This document shows positions 32,094-42,806 of a DNA stretch of 64,000 bases, one piece after another. Position 1 is the first letter of the stretch; each line of letters begins with the position of its first letter. The stretch is from an uncultured Chloroflexia bacterium. GTDB lineage: Bacteria > Chloroflexota > UBA6077 > JACCZL01. The stretch is taken from contig CAVXYC010000020.1 in assembly GCA_963765765.1 (NCBI GenBank), forward strand, positions 640,001-704,000, in the 5' to 3' direction. The translations under genes and the position numbers were made by a program. Below the pieces are notes generated by a model, which was given only the letters and a program-made list of their open reading frames with translations, was not told where the DNA came from and ran no database searches.

Positions 32094-32195
32094 GTGAAGT
32101 TTTATCTATCACGGTCCCGCCGATTCGCATCCAACACCGCGTTTTGTTGCACCCTCCAGTGTATGTAGGTCACCTGACCTAGGTCAAGAGCAGCA

Positions 32196-32224
32196 TTGCG
32201 GAATCCCTGGTGGGATCGTAGAAT
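32196..32224 (+). promoter_or_regulatory. Sigma-70-type promoter for the sigma factor gene
   Basis: TTGCGG-N17-TAGAAT. Confidence 0.55.
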
Positions 32225-32301
32225 GACTGGCGTTGGCGCGAGACAATGCCGTCTCGCGCACGGTTGCCTTTTGGGACATGCACGCCAGCGAGGAGTCGTC
32301 A

Positions 32302-33792
32302 ATGTTGATGCAGCGGATCGCGGAAAAAGTGACCATCACACTGGTGGAGCCAGAGCCCCAGTTAGAGCTCACGCTCATACCAGATGAGGCCGAGCTTTCC
32401 GATGACCCCCTCCAGGCTTATCTACGCGAGATCCATACCGTGCATCTTCTCACGGCCAAAGATGAGCGCCATCTTGCGTCATGCATAGAGGATGCCGTCG
32501 CCGTGGAAGCGTGTGTCAATCACCTGACAGCCGTATTGGAGTGCGTGCCCAGCCCAGGTGACATTACTCGGCACCTCTACGAGCGCCTACAAGCAATGAG
32601 TGACATTGTGCAGGCGCTCTCTCATTATGCGGAGATCGACGATCTCGGCTTGCTCTTCACCACTCCTGAAGTGCGTGCCATGTTCGACTCCGTCCTTCAA
32701 CGTGAGCTTGTCGAACACGTTACCGATGCGCTCGAGATCGACCCGCTTGTGGCTGAGCGTCAACTCGTTGAGCTATCAGTCATCACTCGAATTCTTCCGA
32801 TGTCGGTTCTGGAGCAACTTTCAGGGCATGACATTGGCAACTATCCGCGCCTGGTTTCTCATTTCGAGACCTGGCAAGCACACTATCGAGCCATCCGCAC
32901 GGCTTCGGACCACGCGGAGCGACGACTCATCGAGGCCAATCTGCGCCTTGTAGTGAGCATTGCCAAGAAGTACCTCGGTCGTGGGCTTTCCATGCTGGAC
33001 CTGATCCAAGAAGGCAACCTCGGCCTGATGCGCGCCGTGGAGAAATTCGATCATCGTCGCGGTTTCAAATTCAGCACGTATGCAACGTGGTGGATCCGAC
33101 AATCAGTTGGACGCGCTGTTGCCGACCAGGCCCGCACAATCCGCATTCCGGTCCACATGACTGAGGTCATCAATCGACTCAATCAGGTGGCGCGTGAGCT
33201 GACTCAGATGCTGGGACGCGAGCCTCATGCGCGCGAGATCGCGCTCGGCATGAATCTCATCTCCGAGCTCGTAGAGACAGAACTTGCCCTAGATGCAGGC
33301 GGCCACATGCTCGATCCCGATGAAGAGGAGATCATTACTCGTCGTCGCGTGATTCTGCAGACCGGGATCATGCACGACCGAGAGCGCATGCGCCCCGAAG
33401 CCTGGGCAGAGATCGAGAAAGCCAGTGCCCGAGTGAACCAGGCGCGCCGTGCGGCACGCACACCCCTCTCGCTTGCGGCGCCCATCGGTGATGAGCAGGA
33501 AGGGCAGCTCTCCGATCTAATCGAAGATGCTGACGCGGTCTCGCCCAGCGAGATGGCGACTCAGACGTTACTTCGAGATCACGTTCGATTGATGCTGGAC
33601 TCCCTGAGTGACAAAGAGAGCGACATCCTGGTGATGCGCTATGGCCTCCACGATGGGCGACAGCGCACGCTCGAGGAGGTGGGCCGCGAATTCGGAGTTA
33701 CGCGTGAGCGAATCCGTCAGATCGAGGCACAGGCGCTTAGAAAGCTGCGGCATCCGTCCCGCGCCCGCAAGCTGGTGGATTACCTGCACTAG
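32302..33792 (+). CDS. RpoD-family sigma-70 factor lacking region 1.1 (group 2-like)
   Basis: [65 protein letters not shown]; GAGGAG RBS. Confidence 0.93.
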   Translation: MLMQRIAEKVTITLVEPEPQLELTLIPDEAELSDDPLQAYLREIHTVHLLTAKDERHLASCIEDAVAVEACVNHLTAVLECVPSPGDITRHLYERLQAMSDIVQALSHYAEIDDLGLLFTTPEVRAMFDSVLQRELVEHVTDALEIDPLVAERQLVELSVITRILPMSVLEQLSGHDIGNYPRLVSHFETWQAHYRAIRTASDHAERRLIEANLRLVVSIAKKYLGRGLSMLDLIQEGNLGLMRAVEKFDHRRGFKFSTYATWWIRQSVGRAVADQARTIRIPVHMTEVINRLNQVARELTQMLGREPHAREIALGMNLISELVETELALDAGGHMLDPDEEEIITRRRVILQTGIMHDRERMRPEAWAEIEKASARVNQARRAARTPLSLAAPIGDEQEGQLSDLIEDADAVSPSEMATQTLLRDHVRLMLDSLSDKESDILVMRYGLHDGRQRTLEEVGREFGVTRERIRQIEAQALRKLRHPSRARKLVDYLH

Positions 33793-33811
33793 ACTCCAAC
33801 GCAGAGCTTAA

Positions 33812-33866
33812 GTGACAGCAAAGACGGCAGGGACGCCGAGAGTGTCCCTGCCGTCTTTGCTGTCAC
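33812..33866 (+). terminator. 23-bp perfect stem-loop after the sigma gene
   Basis: GTGACAGCAAAGACGGCAGGGAC / GTCCCTGCCGTCTTTGCTGTCAC. Confidence 0.6.
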
Positions 33867-33927
33867 CCATGTTCCCCAGAGGTTCCTGGCTACTGTGTGA
33901 CGAAACTCCCTAATCAAGGAACAAAAC

Positions 33928-35325
33928 ATGGACGGACTGGTTGAGTACGTAGAGCGCGAGAAGAAGCGATTTGTCGCTGAGCTAGCCGATCTGGTCCACA
34001 TCCCTAGTGTCAGCGCGCTTCCCGAGCACGCGGGCGATGTCCGCAAGTGCGCTGAAGCGTTTGTCGAAGCGCTAAAGGCAGTTGGCGTCACCGAAGCTCG
34101 TGTGTATGAGACTGATGGCCATCCCATTGTGTACGGAGAATGGCTCGGCGCACCTGGCGCGCCCACCGCGCTGGTCTACGGCCACTATGACGTGCAGCCG
34201 GTTGACCCGATTGACGAGTGGGAACACCCCCCGTTTAGCGGCGCCGTGGTTGACGATGTCATCCATGGAAGGGGTACTGCTGACGACAAGGGGCAGTTAG
34301 TGATGCACATCAAAGCCGCGGAGGCCCACTTCCGTCTGAACAGCCGTCTCCCTTTGAACGTGAAATACGTTTTTGAAGGAGAAGAGGAAATCGGTAGCGT
34401 CCATTTCGAGCAGTTCCTCCGGGAACACAGGGAGCTGCTCGGGGCGGATGTGGTGGTTGTGAGCGATACAGAAATGTTCGCCCCCGACCTGCCGGCAATT
34501 GGTTATGGCCTCCGTGGGCTGTGCTATCTCGAGGTGGAGGTGCGCGGGCCCAGCCGAGACTTGCACTCGGGAACTTACGGTGGGGCGATAGCGAATCCGG
34601 CAAACGTACTATGCCGACTTCTCACGAATCTTAAGGACGAGATGGGAACAGTGACCGTGCCAGGATTCTACGATCGCGCACGCGGACTCACCGCGGACGA
34701 ACGCGCCGAGTTTGCGCGCCTTCCGTTCAATGAGTCGGCGTTTCGTGAAGAGGTGGGAATCCGAGCATTGGACGGCGAGCCCGACTTCCATCCGCTGGAA
34801 CGGATGTGGGCGCGTCCAACATTGGACATCAATGGTATGTGGAGCGGTTTCACCGGTGAGGGCTCCAAGACCATCATTCCATCTAAAGCCACCGCGAAGG
34901 TGAGCTGTCGGCTGGTCCCCGATCAAGATCCGGATCAGATTGCGGATTTACTGGAAGCGCATCTTCAGCGAGAGTGCCCGCCGAGCGTCGAGCTCAGCGT
35001 TCGCCGTATGCATGGCGGGCGTCCTGTCCTGACTCCTCTCAGCCATCCCGCCGTAGGGGCGGCTTCTACATCCTTGCAGCGCGCGTTTGGCACGGAGCCG
35101 GTGTTCACGCGAGTTGGCGGGTCGATTCCGCCGGTTGCAAGCTTCCAGGAGATTCTCGGGATCCCGAGTGTCCTGATGGGCGTGGCCCTCGCGGAAGATC
35201 GCTACCACGCTCCCAACGAGCATTTCGAGCTCGAGAACTTCTATCGAGGCATTTTGAGCGTCGCCTACCTATGGCAAGAGCTTGCCGATGGCGAATGGGC
35301 GAATCCCCAAGGAGCAGCCACGTGA
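33928..35325 (+). CDS. M20 family dipeptidase
   Basis: YGHYDVQP, GRGTADDKG, EGEEEIGS, DLHSG, GGSIP, HAPNE. Confidence 0.92.
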   Translation: MDGLVEYVEREKKRFVAELADLVHIPSVSALPEHAGDVRKCAEAFVEALKAVGVTEARVYETDGHPIVYGEWLGAPGAPTALVYGHYDVQPVDPIDEWEHPPFSGAVVDDVIHGRGTADDKGQLVMHIKAAEAHFRLNSRLPLNVKYVFEGEEEIGSVHFEQFLREHRELLGADVVVVSDTEMFAPDLPAIGYGLRGLCYLEVEVRGPSRDLHSGTYGGAIANPANVLCRLLTNLKDEMGTVTVPGFYDRARGLTADERAEFARLPFNESAFREEVGIRALDGEPDFHPLERMWARPTLDINGMWSGFTGEGSKTIIPSKATAKVSCRLVPDQDPDQIADLLEAHLQRECPPSVELSVRRMHGGRPVLTPLSHPAVGAASTSLQRAFGTEPVFTRVGGSIPPVASFQEILGIPSVLMGVALAEDRYHAPNEHFELENFYRGILSVAYLWQELADGEWANPQGAAT

Positions 35326-36248
35326 CCGTCGCACTTCGGAAACCCGCCCACGGGAAAGCCAGCGCCGGGCCCGCTATGCCGTCAGTGCTCAAAGCGATCG
35401 AGGACATCGGTCAAACCTTCACCGCGACATTGAGGCTCGAGCCGGTCTTGGAGCGCATTATCGATGAGGCCATAGCGCTCGCTGACGGGGACGCTGGTTC
35501 AACGATGCTCGTCTCTGACGATCGTCGTGAGCTTGTTGTCACCGCGGCCCGCGGTCCACGCGCAAATATCATTCTTGGCGCTCGTCAGCCAGTGGACGCC
35601 AGTGTGGCAGGTCGAGCCATTCGCGAAGGCACTCTCATCCTGAAAGGTCGCGTGGAGCATCGCGGGTCGGGCGGCCCGGGCCAACCACGAGAGATCAGCC
35701 GTTCACTCGTCATCCCGCTTCACGTGGCGGGGTGCCTGGTAGGCGTGCTCAGCGTGAACACTGAAACCGAGCGCGAAGATCTGCCACAACACACCGTAAG
35801 TATGCTCGGCATCCTGGCCAATCAGGCGGCGATCTTCATCGAGCACTCGCGGATGTATGAAGCGCTAGCTCTGAAAGAACGCCGCCTCGAGCTCTTCGTG
35901 GATCGCTTCCTGCGCCTGCAGGCGGAGCAGCGCGAAGCGCCAGAGCTGACAACTGACCGACTGCACAATCTCCTGAGCGAGGTCATGCGCAAGACAGTTG
36001 AGGAACTCGCGACAGGATCGAAGCAGCTCATCCCGTCCGTTCCGGACACCAATCAACCGTTGTCCGCTCGTGAGCAAGAAGTACTGGCATTGATCGTGGA
36101 GGGCCTGACCAATAAAGAGATCGGCCGCCGGTTGAATCTGAGCCCGGACACAGTGAAAAACCACGTTGTGCACATCATCGAGAAACTGGGCGTGAGCGAT
36201 CGCACGCAGGCGGCGGTGACGGCCATTCGCATGGGGCTCATCAAGTAG
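35322..36248 (+). CDS. GAF-domain LuxR-family transcriptional regulator
   Basis: GAF (LIIPL..VGVLSV..LANQAAI) plus LSAREQEVLALIVEGLTNKEIG...TVKNHV..KLGVSDRTQA; start overlaps the peptidase stop. Confidence 0.85.
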   Translation: MTVALRKPAHGKASAGPAMPSVLKAIEDIGQTFTATLRLEPVLERIIDEAIALADGDAGSTMLVSDDRRELVVTAARGPRANIILGARQPVDASVAGRAIREGTLILKGRVEHRGSGGPGQPREISRSLVIPLHVAGCLVGVLSVNTETEREDLPQHTVSMLGILANQAAIFIEHSRMYEALALKERRLELFVDRFLRLQAEQREAPELTTDRLHNLLSEVMRKTVEELATGSKQLIPSVPDTNQPLSAREQEVLALIVEGLTNKEIGRRLNLSPDTVKNHVVHIIEKLGVSDRTQAAVTAIRMGLIK

Positions 36249-36265
36249 GACTCATCTTCAACAGC

Positions 36266-36340
36266 AGATAGGTCCCTGAGTCTCATCTACCCCATTCGAC
36301 TTGCTGGCAATGGGGTAGATGAGACTCATGGGACCTGTCT
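36266..36340. terminator. Long stem-loop between the regulator and the ccm operon
   Basis: 20-bp perfect stem TGAGTCTCATCTACCCCATT / AATGGGGTAGATGAGACTCA, extendable by ~11 bp. Confidence 0.55.
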
Positions 36341-36415
36341 CTTTGCTGACTTTTCTGCTCCCAAAACCAGCCGGCGATAGAATAGGTCCAAGCACACAGT
36401 ACGATCTGGACAACC

Positions 36416-37009
36416 TTGGCTTCGGACAGCACCCGTTCCCCGACCCTGAGCATCTCAAAGGGTTCTCCCACAATCGCAGATCCGCGTGGGGCGCGATTTC
36501 TCACACTTGGAATAGCGCTCGTCGTTCTTGCACTCCTGGCGCTCTTCGTCTGGGGCATGGGACGGCGAGGGGCCACCGTTGGTTCTGTTCCGACACCTTT
36601 GCGCGAAGCACCGGGATTTCAGCTAACGTTATTCGACCAGCGCCAATTCTCCCTTGATCAGGCCAAGGGAATGCCGCACATCGTGAACTTCTGGGCGTCA
36701 TGGTGCATCCCGTGCGAAGACGAGGCACCCGTGCTCCAATCAGCCTCGGTGCGAAATGCCAACCGAATCCAATTTGTGGGTGTGGACGTACAGGATACTG
36801 ATATCGATGCTCAGCGCTTCTTGCGCAAGTTCGGGGTGACCTATCCCAACGGCAGAGACATGAACGGCACCATCTCCATCGACTATGGGATGAGCGGCGT
36901 CCCTGAGACGTACTTCATTCGAGCGGACGGCCGAATTCAGCGAAAGTGGGCCGGCCCGCTGACGTCGGAACAGCTCGAGAGCTTCATCGCCGAAGTTCTC
37001 TCCCCATAA
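36416..37009 (+). CDS. Membrane-anchored thioredoxin, TlpA/ResA/CcmG family
   Basis: TM helix, VNFWASWCIPC, YGMSGVPETYFI; start uncertain. Confidence 0.88.
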   Translation: MASDSTRSPTLSISKGSPTIADPRGARFLTLGIALVVLALLALFVWGMGRRGATVGSVPTPLREAPGFQLTLFDQRQFSLDQAKGMPHIVNFWASWCIPCEDEAPVLQSASVRNANRIQFVGVDVQDTDIDAQRFLRKFGVTYPNGRDMNGTISIDYGMSGVPETYFIRADGRIQRKWAGPLTSEQLESFIAEVLSP

Positions 37010-37034
37010 TGCAGCACGCACGAACATTGAGCGT

Positions 37035-37761
37035 ATGGCATTCGGCGAGCTGAGTCTCCTTCTGGCGCTGGCGGCAGGGATTGCGTCCTTCCTGTCACCC
37101 TGCGTCGTTCCGCTCGTTCCCGGCTATCTCGCGTTCGTATCCGGCGTGTCGCTATCAGAGCGAGAGCACACGCGTTACGCCGCCGAACGGATGGTACTCG
37201 GAACGATCCTGTTTGTTCTCGGATTTTCGACTGTGTTCGTCGTATTGGGAACAACCGCAGCGGCGTTCGGCGGACTCTTCGATGCTCAGCGACCGATGCT
37301 GTCCCAGGTAGCCGGCGGAGTCATGGTCGCTATGGGCCTTCTCATGCTCGGACTGGTGCGCTGGACACCGGCTCTCCGAGAATGGCGCTTGTTCCGCATG
37401 GATCAGCCCATGGGATTGATCGGAGCATTGGGGCTCGGCGCGGCATTCGGGCTTGGCTGGACACCATGCATCGGGCCAATGCTCGCATCCATTCTGGCTC
37501 TGGCCAGTACCGCGGGGCATCTCGAAGAAGGAGCGCTGCTGCTCTTTAGTTACTCGCTTGGTCTTGGGATTCCATTTCTGCTGGCATCAGCTGCTGTTCG
37601 CCCGCATCTTGCCCGCTCTACGTGGCATCCAGCGGCATGCGACGTTGCTCACGTCGATCAGCGGAATCGCCATGGTGGGACTGGGTGCGCTCTTCGCGCT
37701 AAACCAGTCCTTCTATTTGAGCATCGCGTCCCAGCGGCTTTTGGCGCTGGCGGGACGGTGA
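37035..37761 (+). CDS. ccdA: Cytochrome c biogenesis protein CcdA (frameshift near 37590)
   Basis: SFLSPCVVPLVPGYL, GWTPCIGP, YSLGLGIPF. Confidence 0.88.
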
Positions 37762-37766
37762 AGTGG

Positions 37767-38201
37767 ATGCCCTTTGAACTTACCGATGCGCTTATTCTGC
37801 TCATCCGTTGGATACACGCGATGGCCGCCGTGCTCTGGATTGGCGCCGCATTCGCAATCCTCGGCGTGCACTCGGGGCTGCCCGCAGCAGGCTCATCGTT
37901 GACCCAAACCATTGATAGAGCCTATCGAGATCTTACGGATGTGGCGATCCCAATCTTCCTGCTGACCGGGGCCCTACTGACGTTTGAGCGGTTCTCGCGC
38001 GGCGTTCCGACAGCCGCTTATATCGGCGTTCTATCCGCCAAGTTGGTGCTTGCGTTTGGTATGTTTCATTTAGGGTATGCAACACGTCGGACCGGTGTAG
38101 GCAGCTCGATCAAGTCGATTCGCGGAATCTGCGCGACTGGAGCATGCGTGGTTCTGCTGGCAACAGTGCTCAAAGCGCTCTCTGAAGGAGCGACCATTTA
38201 G
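37767..38201 (+). CDS. 4-TM membrane protein, CopD-like
   Basis: RWIHAMAAVLWIG, LLTG, L.AKLVL pattern. Confidence 0.5.
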   Translation: MPFELTDALILLIRWIHAMAAVLWIGAAFAILGVHSGLPAAGSSLTQTIDRAYRDLTDVAIPIFLLTGALLTFERFSRGVPTAAYIGVLSAKLVLAFGMFHLGYATRRTGVGSSIKSIRGICATGACVVLLATVLKALSEGATI

Positions 38202-38639
38202 ATGGCAGCCGCCTCTCCTACCGCACCGCTCGGCCCCGTGGCGCCTCGAAACAACATTCGAAGATGGAAACTCCTCGCCGCGATGATCACCATCGTGCTT
38301 GGTGCCGCGTATCTCATTACCACGAGCATGCAGACCTCAGCCGTGTACTACCTCACCGTGACCGAGCTGCGCGATCGCGCAGCAACGGTCCAGACGCAGT
38401 CCGTGCGCGTCGCGGGACACGTGGCTCCAGGATCTGTTGAGAAGATCGACGGCGGCCTTGCGATTCGTTTTATCGTGCAGGACGAGGGCGGATCCTTCCC
38501 TGTTTACTACAGCGGCGCGCCCGTACCAGACATCTTCGGCGAGGACGTCGAAGTGGTTGTTGAAGGAAAGCTCCAGGACGATGGCACCTTCGTGGCCCAC
38601 ACGCTCCTTGCCAAGTGCGCGTCCAAGTTCGAGGCGTAG
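38202..38639 (+). CDS. ccmE: Heme chaperone CcmE (Cys-type motif CASKF)
   Basis: VYYLTV.EL, VRVAG.V..GS, PDIF, VVVEG, LLAKCASKF. Confidence 0.9.
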   Translation: MAAASPTAPLGPVAPRNNIRRWKLLAAMITIVLGAAYLITTSMQTSAVYYLTVTELRDRAATVQTQSVRVAGHVAPGSVEKIDGGLAIRFIVQDEGGSFPVYYSGAPVPDIFGEDVEVVVEGKLQDDGTFVAHTLLAKCASKFEA

Positions 38640-38756
38640 TGAGGTTGGCGACGGTGATGGCCGAGCCCTGGGACCTCGGGCGTCCAGCCCGTCCCAATCG
38701 GTGCATCTCAAGGTCTGGTCGGTACGTGCGCTACGCCCACGGTCCCAGGGTGTGCT

Positions 38757-40752
38757 ATGGCTGATCTGGGCTCGGTAGCGATCATTGGCGCACTGTTAAT
38801 AGCGGTCTACAGTATCGTGGCAGCGCTACTTGGACGAGCGCTTCGGCAAGGTGAGTTGATAGCCAGTGCTCGCAACGGCGTGTTGGCTGTGTGTGCGCTG
38901 ATGACTGTGGCATCCGGTTCACTCCTGGTGGCGTTTGTCACTCACGATTTCTCCATCCGCTACGTCGCTGAGCATTCCAGTCGCGACATGCCTCCGGAGC
39001 TCATTACGGCAGCCTTCTACAGTGGACAGGCGGGTTCGCTTCTGTATTGGGCGTGGACGCTCTCGATTTTCTCCGCGGTGGTGGCCTGGCGGCATCGACG
39101 TACACATCCGCGGCATATGCCCGTAACGATGAGCACTCTCATGGCCGTCGAAGCATTCTTTGCGCTACTTCTCGGTTTCATAGCGAGCCCCTTTGAACGC
39201 ATGGCTACGGTGCCAGCCGACGGTCTCGGTCTCAATCCGCTTCTGTACGACACGGGCATGCTCTACCACCCTCCCATGCTGCTCGCGGGTTACATGAGCT
39301 GGACTATCCCTTTCGCCTTTGCTATCGCCGCGCTGGCGGAGGGTGATACGAGCGCAGAGTGGATCAGCGCCACACGACGCTACGCCCTGTTTGCCTGGGG
39401 CGTCCTGGGAATCGGCAATCTACTGGGCGGCTGGTGGGCTTATCACGTCCTTGGCTGGGGCGGATACTGGGGCTGGGACCCGGTGGAGAATGCCGCCATC
39501 ATGCCCTGGATCGTAGGAACTGCTTACTTGCACTCAGTGATGATTCAGGAGCGTCGTGGAATGCTCAAGGTCTGGAACCTCGTACTGATTCTGCTGACGT
39601 TCTTTCTCGCACTCTTCGGAACGTTCATTGTCCGCAGCGGCATCATCGCCTCCGTTCACTCCTTTTCGCAGTCCGCCATCGGACCGTACTACCTTGTCGC
39701 GCTCATCGTGTCCATTGCCGTCTCTCTCGCCTTGCTCTTCTGGCGCATTCCCAAGCTGCAGTCTGAACATGAGATCGAGAGTATCTGGTCGCGCGAAGCG
39801 TTTTTCCTGATCAACAATCTCCTGTTCCTCGCTATCACCTTTGCGATCTTCTGGGGAACGATTTTTCCATTGGTGTCGGAAGCCGTTCAGGGCGTCAAGC
39901 TGACCGTGGGCCCCCCGTTCTTCCAGCAGGTCACCGGTCCGATGCTCCTGGCATTGATGGCGCTTATGGCCGTTGGCCCGCTGCTCCCATGGCGCAGGAC
40001 CGCACCTGCCACTCTCGGGAAGATGATCTTGCCACCAGCTATCGTCGCGATAGTGACTACGATCACCGCGGCCATAGCTTTGCACACGAGCAACGTATCC
40101 GCCGTCCTCAGTGTCTTCGTTCTGACATTTGCTTTGAGCACTATCGTGTCAGAGTTCGTTCGTGGTACCGTCGCTCGGCGATCAGCCACCGGTGAATCTC
40201 CGCCTCTGGCATTTGTCTCGCTGATCCAGCGGAACCGTCGGCGTTATGGCGGTTACCTCGTTCACCTGGGCATTGTGTTTATCGGCTTTGGCGTGCTCGG
40301 ATCTCAGTTCTTCCAGCAGGAGCGGCAGGTGGCGCTTCGACAGGACCAGTCGGTTGAGATCGGCCGCTACCTACTCGTCTTCAGGGGACTTGGTGAGCGC
40401 ACAGAGCACGGTGCACGGGTCGTCATGGCCCGTCTCGACGTCTTTGAAAACGGACGCTTTGTGGAATCCATGGAGGCAAATAAGCGCTTCTATCGAAACT
40501 TTGAGCGCCAGACCGGCTACTGGAATCCCGATCCGATCAACCGTTCTCGACGACCTCTATGTCGTCATTGCCGGCTGGGACGGCACTCAATCGGCGAGTT
40601 TCCTGGTGTTCCTTAATCCACTAGTGACCTGGATCTGGGTAGGCGGTATCGTTCTGGTTCTCGGAACATTTGTCTGTCTATGGCCTGATCCGCGCGTCGT
40701 CCGTCAACCACGCGAGCGCTGGTCGCCGGCAATGGTGACGAGTGATGCATAA
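38757..40752 (+). CDS. ccmF: Heme lyase CcmF (frameshift near 40510)
   Basis: GLNPLL, HPP, WAYHVLGWGGYWGWDPVEN, RSG..SVHSF, HLG. Confidence 0.93.
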
Positions 40753-41254
40753 GAGTTTTGGCCTCGCAGCCCACGCGATCATCGCAGTCTTGCTCACGTT
40801 CAGCGCTGGACTGGCACTGGCGTCCACAACCCACGCCGACGAACTAGACGCACAGGTGCGCGCGGTAGCCAAGCGGCTTCAGTGCCCCATCTGCGAGAGC
40901 GTAAGTGTGGCCGATTCACCGTCGGAGCTCGCGGTTCAGATGAGGGCAGTGATTCGCACCAAGCTTGAACAAGGCGAATCGGATGAGCAAATTGTTACCT
41001 ACTTCGTGGGCCGCTACGGCGAGAGTGTACTGGTGGAGCCCCCCCGACACGGAGTTGGTTTGTTGGTCTGGCTCGGTCCCATCGCGGCGCTTCTCGTTGG
41101 TGGATTGGCCCTGGCGCTCTGGTTCCGACGTCCGAGGTTGAAGGCCATCGAATCGAATCGCCTCGACTCAACCGAAGCGAGCAGTCCGACTGACTGGAGA
41201 CTCAACGCGGCGCAACGCGAGCTGGAAGAAATGAGCGAAGGGCGCACCGCGTGA
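40742..41254 (+). CDS. ccmH: Cytochrome c biogenesis protein CcmH
   Basis: LQCPICESVSVADS, YFVGRYGESVL..PP. Confidence 0.88.
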   Translation: MMHKSFGLAAHAIIAVLLTFSAGLALASTTHADELDAQVRAVAKRLQCPICESVSVADSPSELAVQMRAVIRTKLEQGESDEQIVTYFVGRYGESVLVEPPRHGVGLLVWLGPIAALLVGGLALALWFRRPRLKAIESNRLDSTEASSPTDWRLNAAQRELEEMSEGRTA

Positions 41255-41604
41255 CATTGGTGATCGGCATCGCACTGGTGGTACTGGCGATCACGTTCGT
41301 GCTGCTACCGCTTTTCCGCAAACCTTCAACTCTCGAGGCTGACCGTCCGGACCCAGCCGTGCTGCGGGCGGCGTTGTACCAGCAGATCCTTGACGCGGAG
41401 CTCGATACGCGGTTGGGAAAGCTCGACTCGGTCGACTTCCAGGAACTACGCACGCGACTTCTCCGAGAGGCCGCAGCGTTGATCGTGGCGGATCAAGGTG
41501 AGGCGATTGCCAACGAAGATGCTACAGCGCGCGTTGAACATGAGATCGCCGCGGCACGAGCGGCGTTACGCGCAAAACCGTCTATGGGTGGGGCCAACGC
41601 GTGA
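41251..41604 (+). CDS. CcmI/CycH N-terminal-like membrane protein
   Basis: TM + LLPL, ELDTRLGKLD..DF.ELR.RL; translationally coupled within the ccm operon. Confidence 0.55.
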   Translation: MTLVIGIALVVLAITFVLLPLFRKPSTLEADRPDPAVLRAALYQQILDAELDTRLGKLDSVDFQELRTRLLREAAALIVADQGEAIANEDATARVEHEIAAARAALRAKPSMGGANA

Positions 41605-42806
41605 ATGGCATCTTCATCGCGCTCGCTTTCACTCTGAGCTCGATCTGGGGGCAGGTCCAGCCTAGCGGTCAAATTGACGGCCAGCTCAAGAACGGTACGC
41701 CAGACGGCGCCACTGTATCGGGAAAGACGATCACTCTGGCCAGCTTGCGCGAGTCGGGATGGCAGACGGAGCGGGCGACGACCACGGACACACAGGGGCA
41801 TTTCAGTTTTGCGGGTCTTCCCCTGGATGGGACAACTCTCTATCTGCCCATCGCGGGGCACGAAGGCGCCTGGTACTACCCGGCGCAGCCAGTGAGCTTG
41901 ACCGACTCGCCGGGCGCGCAAGTGGAGATCACTGTCTATGATGCGACCCAGACTGACGCGGCGCTTCGATACGAGCGCTCGGCAATGTTGATCGCCGGCA
42001 TTCAGCCGGCCGCACTCACGGTCATGGAGATGAGCGGACTGTCCAATACCGAACCCAAAACGGTCATCGGAACGGATCCCACTGGCGCCGGCCAGGCTAT
42101 CTCAGCCCGATTCCCCCTTCCAACGGGAGCGATCGGATTTCAGCCACAGCGCGGAATCATCGATTCCCAGCTCATTCCGACGCAGGATGGCATGGGTTTG
42201 ATTTGGCCAATATTTCCGGGCCGTCAAGAGCTGGCGTTCAGTTACCAGCTCCCGTACAACGGCGACAATGTAGCCATCGATAAGGTGTTAGCGTACCCGG
42301 TGGGTACGTTCGCCGTGTATGTGCCTGAGGGTGGCCTGGAGCTTTCCAGCCCCGTACTGCAGCCGCAGGGCGCTACTGAGCTGGGCGGGCGCCGATACCA
42401 GCTCTATACGGCCACGGACCTCAGTCGCGGTGACCGAATCTCAGCTCAGATCACCGGAATCAATGCGGTGATGACTGGACCACAGCCTTCAATAACTGCT
42501 CCGCTCATGGTCGCGTCTGGCGCTACGCTAATGCTGGCCGGCCTGGGCGCGGCCTTCGCCTGGCGGCGACGCGTTGGAAATCGCCATGCGACTTCGGCTC
42601 CCTTAGGTGTGCAGACGGTGGCGTCCGACGAGAGGCAACAGCTCATCCTAGAGATCGCAGCGCTGGATGAGCGCCACGATCAAGACCTTCTGCCGGAGGA
42701 TGCCTATCAAGCCACTCGCGCGGCCCTTATGCGTCGAGTGATGGCGCTCTCTTCGGATCCGACACGGGACGCCGCGCCAAGCGAACAGCCCGTGCGCATA
42801 GCGTGA
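41601..42806 (+). CDS. Exported beta-rich membrane-anchored protein in the ccm operon
   Basis: Signal peptide, TTDTQGHFSFAGLP (carboxypeptidase-regulatory-like), C-terminal TM and EIAALDE..Y...R..L coil. Confidence 0.6.
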   Translation: MNGIFIALAFTLSSIWGQVQPSGQIDGQLKNGTPDGATVSGKTITLASLRESGWQTERATTTDTQGHFSFAGLPLDGTTLYLPIAGHEGAWYYPAQPVSLTDSPGAQVEITVYDATQTDAALRYERSAMLIAGIQPAALTVMEMSGLSNTEPKTVIGTDPTGAGQAISARFPLPTGAIGFQPQRGIIDSQLIPTQDGMGLIWPIFPGRQELAFSYQLPYNGDNVAIDKVLAYPVGTFAVYVPEGGLELSSPVLQPQGATELGGRRYQLYTATDLSRGDRISAQITGINAVMTGPQPSITAPLMVASGATLMLAGLGAAFAWRRRVGNRHATSAPLGVQTVASDERQQLILEIAALDERHDQDLLPEDAYQATRAALMRRVMALSSDPTRDAAPSEQPVRIA

